Assembly (NCBI GenBank): GCA_964642565.1
Contig: CAZXPK010000003.1
Coordinates: 1 to 60,607 of the forward strand
DNA: 60,607 nt
Direction of reading: 5' to 3'
Origin: an uncultured Anaerolineaceae bacterium
Lineage (GTDB): Bacteria; Chloroflexota; Anaerolineae; Anaerolineales; UBA4823
The notes under the pieces were generated by a model. It was not told the origin of the DNA. It saw only the letters and a program-made list of their open reading frames with translations, and searched no databases. This document shows, one piece after another, positions 38,624 through 47,961 of the stretch. The stretch's first letter is position 1; each line of letters starts with the position of its first letter. The position numbers were made by a program, and so were the translations under genes.

Positions 38624-39964
38624 ATGGCTCTGACTGGCATTCAAATCTATAAATTACTACCCCAAACCAATTGCAAGGAATGTGGTTACCCAACCTGTTT
38701 AGCTTTCGCCATGAAGTTGGCAGCCAAGCAAGTTGAACTATCTGCCTGTCCGTACGTCACCCCTGAAGCGAAGACACAATTGGCAGAATCTGCTGCACCA
38801 CCTATCCGTCTTGTCGCCCTCAAATCTAATGGTTATGAGGCAAAAGCCGGAAATGAGGTTGTCCTCTTCAGGCACGATAAAACTTTTTATAACAAACCAG
38901 GCTTGTTTATCCGGGTCTATGATAATCAAGCAACCGACTCAATTAAATCATTGGTCAGCGAAGCGAACGCCTATGCGGTCAATTACGTCGGGATGGATCT
39001 GACCGTGGATGGTTTTGCGGTAGCCTCCTCATCTGGAGATCCGAACACTTTCAGCGCTGCAATTCAAGCTGTCCGTTCAGCCAGTAAACGTCCGATCATT
39101 TTAATGACCAGGGATGTCAACCTGGCGAAGGCTGGTCTGAGAGTTTTGCCGGGTGAAACCCCCTTGATCTATGGCGCGGACGCCAGGAACTGGGAAAGCT
39201 TTGCAGAGTTGGCAAAAGAAAGTAAAACCGCATTGGGTGTCATTGCCGGATCATTGGCTGAGATGGCTGAATTAACTGAAAAAATCAAAGCTAAAGGCGT
39301 TGAAGACCTGGTAATCGATCCAGGTGGACGTGATCTGGGGGCAGGACTAGCGATGGGCACTACCATTCGTCGCCTGGCTGTAAAAAAGAATTTCCGTGCC
39401 CTTGGATTTCCAGTGATCACCTTTCCTGGCGATGTGGGAGACCCAAGTATGGAAGCTGTGCATGCTGCACAAGCCATTAGCAAGTATGCAGGTTTCATTG
39501 TCTTGGATCATTTCAACCCGGCTATGATATACCCATTACTGGTCTTGCGTCAGAACATCTATACCGATCCACAAAAACCCATTCAGGTACAACCTGGTGT
39601 CTATGAAATCAATGGTCCAAAACCAGAAGATCCAGTATTGGTCACCACTAACTTCAGCATTACCTATTTCAGCGTTGCCAATGAGGTTGAAGGCTCAGGC
39701 TTGCCAGCCTGGCTGTTAGTGACGGATGCTGAAGGCATGAGCGTATTAACTGCCTGGGCTGCGGGGAAATTCGATGCAGAGAGAATCGCAAAGGCTATCA
39801 AGGGTTTCAATGTCGCTGATAAAGTCTCCCGAAAGCGCGTGGTCTTACCCGGTCATGTCGCGGTCCTATCTGGTGAGCTCGAAGGTGAATTACCTGATTG
39901 GGAAATCCGGGTTGGTCCGCGTGAAGCAGTCGATTTACCTGCTTTCATGAAGCAGGCACTATAA
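38624..39964 (+). CDS. acsC: corrinoid iron-sulfur protein large subunit
   Basis: 446 aa. N-terminal [4Fe-4S] motif NCKECGYPTCLAFAMKLA...CP typical of CFeSP gamma/large subunits. Confidence 0.9.
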   Translation: MALTGIQIYKLLPQTNCKECGYPTCLAFAMKLAAKQVELSACPYVTPEAKTQLAESAAPPIRLVALKSNGYEAKAGNEVVLFRHDKTFYNKPGLFIRVYDNQATDSIKSLVSEANAYAVNYVGMDLTVDGFAVASSSGDPNTFSAAIQAVRSASKRPIILMTRDVNLAKAGLRVLPGETPLIYGADARNWESFAELAKESKTALGVIAGSLAEMAELTEKIKAKGVEDLVIDPGGRDLGAGLAMGTTIRRLAVKKNFRALGFPVITFPGDVGDPSMEAVHAAQAISKYAGFIVLDHFNPAMIYPLLVLRQNIYTDPQKPIQVQPGVYEINGPKPEDPVLVTTNFSITYFSVANEVEGSGLPAWLLVTDAEGMSVLTAWAAGKFDAERIAKAIKGFNVADKVSRKRVVLPGHVAVLSGELEGELPDWEIRVGPREAVDLPAFMKQAL

Positions 39965-40035
39965 GACCATCTTTTGATATCGATATTTACTGATATCAAT
40001 GATGTTGGAATCGAAAACGGCAGAAAATAACCTTC

Positions 40036-41988
40036 ATGACTGAACACATAGTGACCTTTGATGTCACAAAAAAGCCAGTGCGCGTTCCTACAGGCACATT
40101 GCTTAGTGAGGCAGCGCGCCTGGCTGGTGTGGATATTGGCCAACCTTGTGGTGGACAAGGTCGCTGTGGTCGCTGTGCAGTCCAGGTTACCCATGGTGAT
40201 GTACGCCGGCGCAGTTCCTTACGCCTGAGCACGGAAGATGTAGCTCATGGATTTGCACTGGCGTGCCAGTCGGTTGTTGAAGGTGATGTCTCTGTCACAG
40301 TCCCACCTCAAGAAAAAATTGAACGGCGATTAACAACGGATCGAACTGCGATTGAAGTCTCGGTTCCACCGGATTATGATCCCATCTACGCTCAAACCGT
40401 CCGCCGAACCAGCCTACAACTTTCCCCTCCCCGTTTAGATGACCAGACAGATGATTGGAGTCGTCTAAAGACTGCCCTCCGCCAGAAAGCCCAAATTGAA
40501 AATATCAGCATATCACTCAATTTGTTGCAAACTTTGGGCACGAATTTGCGTGAAAACAACTGGCAGATTACAGCCATCACCGATGCACATGTGGAGATCG
40601 ATGGTAGTAGGACCGATGAACGCTTAGTAATGTTGATCCCGGACCTCGTGCCGGAAGATGACCCGCTGTACGGACTTGCCATTGATATTGGCACAACCAC
40701 GGTAACCGTCTGGCTGGTCGATCTGATCACTGGTAAAGTAGAAGCCCAGGTGTCAGAATACAACGGTCAGATTAGCCGTGGTGAAGATGTGATTTCGCGC
40801 ATTATCTTCTCCAGTAAAAATGGTGGACGTGAAGAGTTGCAGAATCGCGTGCTTGATACCATCAACCAGCTGATTGGTCAGGCCTGCAAACGAACCAATA
40901 CCAAACCACCGGACATCGTTAAAGCCACTGTAGCTGGAAACAGCACCATGGTCCACTTGTTTTTAGGGATCCCAGCATCCAGCATTCGATTGACTCCATT
41001 TATTACAGCAGTCAACCAGCCACCCATAATTACTGCGGGGACGATCGGTCTGGCAATTAACCCCGAAGCGTCAGTCGATTGCTTACCCGGTGTTGCCAGT
41101 TATGTCGGGGCTGATATTAGTGCAGGTGTCCTGGCATGCAGGATGGATGAAACCGATAAGCTTAGCTTGTTCCTGGATGTTGGTACCAATGGGGAGACTG
41201 TTCTTGGAAGCCGTGAATGGTTGGTCACCTGTGCTTGCTCTGCCGGACCAGCTTTTGAGGGCGCTGGCGTACTCTTTGGCATGCGGGCAACCAAAGGTGC
41301 GATCGAAGAATGTTGGATTTCAGGAGAAGGATCTTCCCATCCATATGAGCCCACTTATCGAGTCATTGGTAATAGTAAACCACGCGGCATTTGTGGAAGT
41401 GGGTTAATCTCATTACTAGCTGAGATGTTCCTGACAGGTGTTGTGGATAAAGGTGGAACAATAAATTTAGCTCTCGCTGGAATCAATCACAGAATTAGAG
41501 AAGGCGAGCACGGTGCTGAGTATGTGATCGCGTGGGGAAGCGAGACTGAGAGTGGAAAGGATATCGCCATCAACAATGTCGATATTGATAACCTGAAGCG
41601 CGCTAAAGCGGCGATTTATGCAGGTTTCACTGTATTGGCGCAGAGTGTTGGCGTACCACTGGAAATGGTGGAACAAATCCTGATCGGTGGCTCTTTCGGC
41701 AAATATATCAACGTAGAAAAAGCTGTACAAATCGGGTTGCTCCCCGATATGCCCTGGGATCGTTTCAAATTTCTGGGCAATACCTCTGTACAAGGTGCAT
41801 ATTTGGCACTGTTGGATTGGCGTAATCGCGATCGCATCAGAGATATCGCTGCACAAATGACATATATAGAACTGTCAGCTGATAACACTTTTTATGATGC
41901 ATTTATGTCGGCAATGTTCCTTCCCCATACCAATTTATCCAGTTTTCCAAGCGTTGCAGCTGCAGTCGAAAATAAAACCATAACCTAA
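40036..41988 (+). CDS. acsV: reductive activator of corrinoid Fe-S protein (RACo/AcsV; 2Fe-2S ferredoxin + ASKHA ATPase)
   Basis: 650 aa. N-terminal plant-type [2Fe-2S] motif (CGGQGRCGRCAV...ACQ), then actin-fold ATPase motifs (AIDIGTTTV, FLDVGTNGE). Confidence 0.85.
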   Translation: MTEHIVTFDVTKKPVRVPTGTLLSEAARLAGVDIGQPCGGQGRCGRCAVQVTHGDVRRRSSLRLSTEDVAHGFALACQSVVEGDVSVTVPPQEKIERRLTTDRTAIEVSVPPDYDPIYAQTVRRTSLQLSPPRLDDQTDDWSRLKTALRQKAQIENISISLNLLQTLGTNLRENNWQITAITDAHVEIDGSRTDERLVMLIPDLVPEDDPLYGLAIDIGTTTVTVWLVDLITGKVEAQVSEYNGQISRGEDVISRIIFSSKNGGREELQNRVLDTINQLIGQACKRTNTKPPDIVKATVAGNSTMVHLFLGIPASSIRLTPFITAVNQPPIITAGTIGLAINPEASVDCLPGVASYVGADISAGVLACRMDETDKLSLFLDVGTNGETVLGSREWLVTCACSAGPAFEGAGVLFGMRATKGAIEECWISGEGSSHPYEPTYRVIGNSKPRGICGSGLISLLAEMFLTGVVDKGGTINLALAGINHRIREGEHGAEYVIAWGSETESGKDIAINNVDIDNLKRAKAAIYAGFTVLAQSVGVPLEMVEQILIGGSFGKYINVEKAVQIGLLPDMPWDRFKFLGNTSVQGAYLALLDWRNRDRIRDIAAQMTYIELSADNTFYDAFMSAMFLPHTNLSSFPSVAAAVENKTIT

Positions 41989-42012
41989 ACAACCAAAGTC
42001 TAAGGAGGTCAA

Positions 42013-42936
42013 ATGTACATCATCGGTGAAAACATCCATATTCTTTCAGATAAAGTGAAAGAAGCCGTAAAAGTGAAAGATGCGAAATTCTTTCAAGAGC
42101 TGGCTGTAAAACAAGTGGAAGCTGGTGCGCAGGCATTGGACCTAAATTTGGGCCCACGCAAAGTTGATTGGATGGATATGTTCCCCTGGATCGTCAAGAC
42201 TGTAGAAGCGGTCGTGGATGTACCGCTTTCCATTGACACGATCAATATCCTGGGTGTCGAAGCTGCTCTGAAGACAGTCTCCAAAGCACAGCCAATCATC
42301 AACTCCGTTTCCGATGAGCCAGAACGATTGGAAAAAGTGCCCTTACTGGCAAAGCAATACAACGCTCGCCTGATTGCACTGACCATGTCGACTAGTGGGG
42401 TTCCAGTAACGGCGGATGAGCGTGTCAATATTGCGCTTGAGAAACTCATCCCGCGCATGATGGAAATTGATTACCCTATGGAAAATCTGATCATTGACCC
42501 GTTGGTGTTGACTGTCTCAGGCTGCCAGCAATATTGCCCTCACCTCATCGAGGCTATCCGCACGCTTCAATTCGCATGGGATCCGCCACCGACAATCTCT
42601 GTAGGATTATCAAACGTGTCCAATGCTGTACCTCGCGAAGGTCGACCATTGATCAATCGAGTTTATTGTGCCATGCTGATGGGAGTTGGCATGAATATGA
42701 TGATCGCGGATCCTCTTGATAAAGAGCAAAACGAGGTCATCCGTATTATTGAACAACGCGATGCCAGTACACCAGTAGGGCGCTTTTACCTTAAAATCGC
42801 CGATCGCATTGCTGCGATGGAAGAACCGCAACTTGAAGATGTGGATATGAAGGACCCAGAGCAAGTAGCCATCTGGAAAACGATCCAAATTCTGCTCAAT
42901 AAAGTCATCTACGCTGATGGCTATTTACAACAATAG
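42013..42936 (+). CDS. acsE: methyltetrahydrofolate:corrinoid/iron-sulfur protein methyltransferase
   Basis: 307-aa pterin-binding (DHPS-like) barrel. MYIIGENIH N-terminus, SIDT and GLSNVS motifs. AAGGAGG RBS. Confidence 0.85.
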   Translation: MYIIGENIHILSDKVKEAVKVKDAKFFQELAVKQVEAGAQALDLNLGPRKVDWMDMFPWIVKTVEAVVDVPLSIDTINILGVEAALKTVSKAQPIINSVSDEPERLEKVPLLAKQYNARLIALTMSTSGVPVTADERVNIALEKLIPRMMEIDYPMENLIIDPLVLTVSGCQQYCPHLIEAIRTLQFAWDPPPTISVGLSNVSNAVPREGRPLINRVYCAMLMGVGMNMMIADPLDKEQNEVIRIIEQRDASTPVGRFYLKIADRIAAMEEPQLEDVDMKDPEQVAIWKTIQILLNKVIYADGYLQQ

Positions 42937-42946
42937 GAGAATATTT

Positions 42947-44302
42947 ATGACGAATCAAAATCAAGTGACTATCGAAGAACTTCTGGCAAAAGCGAAAAAA
43001 CCCGCAGCAGATGCGATGGTCTTGCACCCTTTCTACAAAGGGAAAGTCGAGACTACCCTAAAATGCTGCGTGCGGGATTTTAACGATTTTGCGATTTGGT
43101 ATACGCCGGGTGTCGCAGCCCCTTGTCGCGCAATCGAAGCTGACCCAGAGAAGGTGTACGAATATACCAATAAATGGAATACCGTCATTGTGGTCAGCGA
43201 TGGCACGCGTGTGCTCGGTTTGGGTGATATTGGTCCAAAGGCTGGTTTGCCCGTCATGGAAGGTAAAGCCTTACTCTACAAGTATCTCGGTGGCGTCGAT
43301 GGGGTCGCCATCATGCTTGATACAAAAGATCCGGATGCCATCATCAATACTACCTTGATGCTCCAGCCAGGGTTCGGTGGGGTAAACCTGGAAGATATCT
43401 CTAATCCAAAATGCTTTTATATATTGGATACCCTGCGTGAAAAAGCAGAGATCCCCATCTGGCACGATGACCAGCAAGGGACAGCTACTGTTACCCTGGC
43501 TGGATTGATCAATGCCCTCAAGGTGGTTGGAAAAGACAAAGAAAAAGTGAAAGTTACCTTCATTGGGGTTGGGGCCTCCAACGTAGCGATCTCACGTTTG
43601 ATTTTCAGCTGGGGAGTGAACCCGGCTAATTGCTTGATGGTGGATAGCAAAGGCATCCTTGGTAAGCGTCGCAAGGACCTTGAAATGCGGAAAGCCGAAT
43701 ATGTGGATAAATGGAAATTATGCCAGATAACCAATCTTGAAAACCGCGAAGGGAATATACCTGACGCAATCAAAGGTTCTGATGTCGTCGTTGCCCTCTC
43801 CCGCTCTGGTCCAGGTGTGATCCTTCCAGAATGGATTGAAACGATGGCAAAAGATGCGGTTGTGTTTGCCTGTGCCAACCCCGTCCCGGAGATATGGCCA
43901 TGGGAAGCAAAAGCCGCAGGTGCAGTTGTTGTCGCGACGGGTCGCTCAGATTTTGATAACCAGGTTAATAATTCGCTTGGATTCCCAGGTATCTTCCGTG
44001 GAACACTGGATGTGCGTGCCCGTACCATCACAGATGATATGTGCTTTGCCGCGGCAAAGGCCCTGGCAGATCATGTTGGATCAAACCTCACTAACGAGCA
44101 CATTTTACCCAACATGGATGATTGGGAAGTGTTCCCGCGCGAGGCCGCTGCAGTAGCCGTGAAAGCCCAGGAACAAGGGTTGGCACGTATACAGACGACC
44201 TACGAAGAGGAATTCAAGAACGCAACCGACATCATCGGGCGATCTCGCAACCTGACCCAAATGATGATGAAAGATGGCTTCATTGGCAAACCCCCTGTGT
44301 AA
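42947..44302 (+). CDS. NAD(P)-dependent malic enzyme (short form)
   Basis: [47 protein letters not shown] and GVGASNVA motifs. ATG at 42947 lies 10 nt after the acsE stop and has an AGGAGA RBS. Confidence 0.85.
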   Translation: MTNQNQVTIEELLAKAKKPAADAMVLHPFYKGKVETTLKCCVRDFNDFAIWYTPGVAAPCRAIEADPEKVYEYTNKWNTVIVVSDGTRVLGLGDIGPKAGLPVMEGKALLYKYLGGVDGVAIMLDTKDPDAIINTTLMLQPGFGGVNLEDISNPKCFYILDTLREKAEIPIWHDDQQGTATVTLAGLINALKVVGKDKEKVKVTFIGVGASNVAISRLIFSWGVNPANCLMVDSKGILGKRRKDLEMRKAEYVDKWKLCQITNLENREGNIPDAIKGSDVVVALSRSGPGVILPEWIETMAKDAVVFACANPVPEIWPWEAKAAGAVVVATGRSDFDNQVNNSLGFPGIFRGTLDVRARTITDDMCFAAAKALADHVGSNLTNEHILPNMDDWEVFPREAAAVAVKAQEQGLARIQTTYEEEFKNATDIIGRSRNLTQMMMKDGFIGKPPV

Positions 44303-44329
44303 AAAGAGAGGATATCAACGAGGTGAACT

Positions 44330-45235
44330 ATGTACGATCTAATTGTCGTCGGTGGTGGACCTGCGGGATTGACTGCAACGATTTATGCGATCCGTAAGCG
44401 CTTAAATGTCTTGCTCATTACGAAAGACCTGGGTGGGAAGACCAATTTTCGCCTCGCCTTACCCTGGGTGGAAGATTACCAGGTCATCAAAGGCTTGGAA
44501 ATTGTCAATAAATTCAAGAGCGAGCTTGAGTACCTTGAATTTGCCCGCCATATGGAACCAGCGGATAAAATCGTTCGCCATGAAAAAGATTTCATCGTCA
44601 AGACACGGGGTGGTGGTGACCTGCAAACCAAAGCCGTTATCATCGCCACAGGCACCCGGCAACAGCTCTTGAACGTACCGGGTGAGAAAGAGTTCATCAT
44701 GCGCGGGCTCTGTTACTCGGCCCTTAGCTATGCTCCGTTATTCATCGATAAATCGACGGTTGTCATCGGAGATGGAGACCTGGCTCAGAGGTCAACTGCC
44801 GAGCTCGCTACGGTTGCCAAGCATGTAACTCTAATCTGCCCGGCCGATAAACTCACGGTAACTAACGTGAATGAAAAATTGAAGGTTGCACCCAACGTCA
44901 CCATCCTGGAAGGTCACCAGGTCGTGGAAGTCAAAGGTGACGACTATGCCAAAAGCTTGATCATTAAGGACAAGAAAGGCAAGACCAGCGAGCTTCAGGC
45001 AGATGGAACCTTTGTAGAGATGGCATTGGTACCTAACTCACAGATCGTTGCTGATTTTGTAGCATTGGATGAGCAGAAGCGCATCATCATAGATTGTGGA
45101 AACCACACCAGTGTACCCGGTATTTTTGCTGCGGGTGATGTAACCAACACTTATGCAGAGCAGGTGCTGGTCGCAGTCGGTGAGGGAGCCAAAGCTACGT
45201 TGAGCGCGTACGAATATTTGCTCCCATTACTTTAA
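44330..45235 (+). CDS. thioredoxin-reductase-fold FAD oxidoreductase lacking the redox-active CxxC
   Basis: FAD motif YDLIVVGGGPAGLTA and C-terminal GIFAAGDV. The position of TrxB CATC reads SALS, and the HRRD NADPH motif reads CPAD. Confidence 0.8.
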   Translation: MYDLIVVGGGPAGLTATIYAIRKRLNVLLITKDLGGKTNFRLALPWVEDYQVIKGLEIVNKFKSELEYLEFARHMEPADKIVRHEKDFIVKTRGGGDLQTKAVIIATGTRQQLLNVPGEKEFIMRGLCYSALSYAPLFIDKSTVVIGDGDLAQRSTAELATVAKHVTLICPADKLTVTNVNEKLKVAPNVTILEGHQVVEVKGDDYAKSLIIKDKKGKTSELQADGTFVEMALVPNSQIVADFVALDEQKRIIIDCGNHTSVPGIFAAGDVTNTYAEQVLVAVGEGAKATLSAYEYLLPLL

Positions 45236-45247
45236 ATTAGATCCAAA

Positions 45248-45275
45248 CGGGGAGTGGTTACTTCACCACTCCCCG
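45248..45275 (+). other. GC-rich hairpin between the TrxR-like gene and metVF
   Basis: CGGGGAGTGG (45248-45257) pairs perfectly with CCACTCCCCG (45266-45275). No U-tract follows. Confidence 0.4.
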
Positions 45276-45308
45276 CCCAAAATCATATCGCCATGATGGA
45301 GGTCGACT

Positions 45309-46784
45309 ATGCCCGGATTTACCCCTGCCAGAAGATGGCAGCCACCTTACTACCCATTTAAACGAGAGCCATTTGGCACCCGCGTGCTTGAGTCAGTCGA
45401 AAGGGTTGTCAAGGGACCAATGTTTGGATGTCGCATGTGCGGGAATTGTTTATTACAGGAAACTGCCTTTATCTGTCCAATGGAATGCCCAAAGGGTGAA
45501 CGAAACGGTCCTTGTGGTGGTTCTACGACCGAATACTGTTATGTCGATAAAACCCGGCCATGTGTGTGGTATAAAATCTACGACCGCGCTTTTAGGATGG
45601 GACGGCAGGAGATGTTATTGGAAGTCCTTCCTCCCTTAGATTGGGATAAAACCGGAGGTGAAACCTGGGCTGATGTATATCATCAAATCCAAAAAGTAGG
45701 CGGGAAAAACTTCTTTGGCGGCTTATTATCCGGTGATGCCAAGAAGCGCTCAGAAGCCTGGAGCTCAGTCTTTCGCCCTGTTCGCCAACCTGAATGGTGG
45801 AATGGTGATGCGAATTACCATCCACCTGCTTATACTGAGCCCATCTCAAATCTTGAAAAACGCCTGAAGGCAGGCGAGTTCGTGGTAACAGCGGAAGTCG
45901 CTCCACCGATGACGGTTGCCACCAATAAGCTTCTGAAAAACATCGAGATCGTCAAGCCCTACGTGGCAGCAATCAACTTCACCGATTGCCCCTCCGCCTC
46001 CCCACGCATGTCTTCGTGGGCATGCAGCACGCTCACGATACAAGCAGGAGCGGAACCTGTAATGCAGATCGCAGCCCGCGATCGTACGCGCATTGGCTTG
46101 CAGGCAGAGGTGTTGGGCTCGAATGCCCTGGGAGTACGGAATATTCTTTGCCTGTCGGGAGACAGCATGGAGATGTCCAGCGTCCCGAAAGGGAAGATGG
46201 ACATCCTCGACATGGACTCGATCCACATGCTATGGATCTTGCGTCGGATGCGTGATGAAGCGATCTATATGGATGGGCGGCAGATCAAGTTCCCGCCCAA
46301 GTATTTCCTGGGTGCCGCGGGCTCTCCCTACGCATCCGAGCCACGCATCCAGGCCATCCGTGAGCATAAGAAAGTAAATGCCGGGGCACAATTCTTCCAG
46401 ACCAACCTGGTTTATGACCCCGAAAAGCTGGATGACTGGCTTGAAGCATTGGAGAAGCGCGGTATCCTTGAAAAAGTATTTATCCTCATCGGAATTACCC
46501 CACTGAAAAGCTTGAAAGTAGCTAATTATATGAATGAAGAAGTCCCAGGGGTTACCATTCCTGAGAAGCTCGTCAAGCGCATGGAAGCCGCTGGAGACAA
46601 AGCCGAAGAAGAAGGTGTTCAAATCGCACTTGAACTGATTGATGCCGTAAAGAATAAGAAAGGTGTCAATGGGATTCATTTGATGGCAGTTGGCTGGGAA
46701 GAGATCGTGCCTCGCATCATTACAGAAGCAGGCATATTACCCCCCGACTTCACACCTCCTGCAGCCCCGCCTCCCAAAGCATAG
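45309..46784 (+). CDS. metF: MetV-MetF fusion: methylenetetrahydrofolate reductase with N-terminal Cys-rich MetV-like domain
   Basis: The N-terminal roughly 110 aa has CRMCGNCLLQETAFICPMECPKGERNGPCGG (MetV/MTHFR_C-type). The remaining roughly 330 aa is a MetF-like TIM barrel (FVVTAEVAPP...FTDCP...LCLSGD...FQTN). Confidence 0.85.
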   Translation: MPGFTPARRWQPPYYPFKREPFGTRVLESVERVVKGPMFGCRMCGNCLLQETAFICPMECPKGERNGPCGGSTTEYCYVDKTRPCVWYKIYDRAFRMGRQEMLLEVLPPLDWDKTGGETWADVYHQIQKVGGKNFFGGLLSGDAKKRSEAWSSVFRPVRQPEWWNGDANYHPPAYTEPISNLEKRLKAGEFVVTAEVAPPMTVATNKLLKNIEIVKPYVAAINFTDCPSASPRMSSWACSTLTIQAGAEPVMQIAARDRTRIGLQAEVLGSNALGVRNILCLSGDSMEMSSVPKGKMDILDMDSIHMLWILRRMRDEAIYMDGRQIKFPPKYFLGAAGSPYASEPRIQAIREHKKVNAGAQFFQTNLVYDPEKLDDWLEALEKRGILEKVFILIGITPLKSLKVANYMNEEVPGVTIPEKLVKRMEAAGDKAEEEGVQIALELIDAVKNKKGVNGIHLMAVGWEEIVPRIITEAGILPPDFTPPAAPPPKA

Positions 46785-46832
46785 CTTGGTTATACGTAAT
46801 GTTTGATTAATTTTTATTGGTAAATAATTCGA

Positions 46833-47138
46833 ATGTCTTTACGCAGGTTGATATTAACTAAAACGGGGCAGGATGTACAACGCTGTCGTGGCTGCCAGCT
46901 GTGCAATACTGAACTCAGCCTCGACCAGGATATCCCTCTGGATAGCCTGATTCAACTTGTCATTATGAATGACGAGGAAGTGCTCACTTCCCGAACAGTA
47001 TGGTCAGATGAAGTACTACGTACAGCGCACGATGCCTGCGCGCGTCAGCTTGATCTGAAAAAAATCCTTCTCGTATTGAGAGATGAAGCTGTAAGAAGGG
47101 GGTTAGTTAAGCCTGAGAATCTCCCTAATGGGTTATAA
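46833..47138 (+). CDS. degenerate HdrC-like small protein
   Basis: 101 aa. It aligns by eye to the HdrC of this window (CRGCQLC vs CIQCGTC; EEVLTSRTVW vs EDVLKTNTFW), but the fourth Cys of motif 1 and most of motif 2 are missing. No obvious RBS. Confidence 0.5.
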   Translation: MSLRRLILTKTGQDVQRCRGCQLCNTELSLDQDIPLDSLIQLVIMNDEEVLTSRTVWSDEVLRTAHDACARQLDLKKILLVLRDEAVRRGLVKPENLPNGL

Positions 47139-47169
47139 TTCTCGGCACTTTTATTATTATGGTGACTAA

Positions 47170-47961
47170 ATGAAACTAGCAATAAGTGGTAAAGGTGGTG
47201 TAGGTAAGACAACCCTGGCAGCTCTGCTGGCACAGGTATATGCTGATGCAGGTCGCCAGGTACTTGTAGCAGATGCGGACCCATCTCCTTGTCTGGCGGG
47301 TGCATTGGGCTTTCCTTCTGAATTGCGAGCCCAACTGCATCCCATTGCAGAGATGGATGCCTTGATCGAGGAACGAACCGGTGCCAAACCAGGGACGATC
47401 GGCGGATTCTTCACCCTTAATCCGCGTGTGGATGATATCCCCGAGCGATTCAGTGTGATTCACAAAGGTGTTCGACTGCTGGAAATGGGTTCAGTGGACA
47501 CGGGAGGTTCAGGCTGCATCTGCCCTGAAGCTGCCATGCTTAAGACACTTTTTACTCACCTGCTCTTTCGCAAAGATGATGTGCTGATCCTGGATATGTA
47601 CGCAGGAGTGGAACACCTTGGAAGAGCAACAGTGGATTTTGTAGACGCCATGCTCATTGTGGTCGAACCCACCCGGCGAAGCTTGGGAACTGCCAGACAG
47701 ATCAAGCAGCTGGCGAATGACATCGGACTCACCCGATGCTGGTTGGTGGGTAACAAAGTGCGGAATAACGAAGAAAAGGTTTTTCTTGAGACTGAAACAC
47801 CCGGATTGCCTGTATTAGGCTTTATGCCTGCAGAACTACGTGTTCAAGAAGCTGATCGGTTAGGTGTACCGGTGTATGATCACGTCCCTGCTTTACGACA
47901 AGCTGCAGAGTTAATGGTGAAAGAGCTGGATGCCCAGCTGGTAAAAGGTCTGGTTGAATGA
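47170..47961 (+). CDS. cooC: CooC/AcsF-type nickel-insertion ATPase
   Basis: Deviant Walker A (ISGKGGVGKTT) and the CxC metal motif (GSGCICPE). Confidence 0.85.
   Translation: MKLAISGKGGVGKTTLAALLAQVYADAGRQVLVADADPSPCLAGALGFPSELRAQLHPIAEMDALIEERTGAKPGTIGGFFTLNPRVDDIPERFSVIHKGVRLLEMGSVDTGGSGCICPEAAMLKTLFTHLLFRKDDVLILDMYAGVEHLGRATVDFVDAMLIVVEPTRRSLGTARQIKQLANDIGLTRCWLVGNKVRNNEEKVFLETETPGLPVLGFMPAELRVQEADRLGVPVYDHVPALRQAAELMVKELDAQLVKGLVE

Noticed and set aside
43417-44031. A 204-aa antisense ORF inside the malic enzyme gene. Similar long antisense ORFs occur at 24943-25386, 36359-36742, 46230-46679, 56231-56656 and 56953-57489.
   Set aside because: These are shadow ORFs opposite strongly supported, motif-rich genes. 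Their composition is Ser/Arg/Pro-rich or odd, and none has a recognisable domain.
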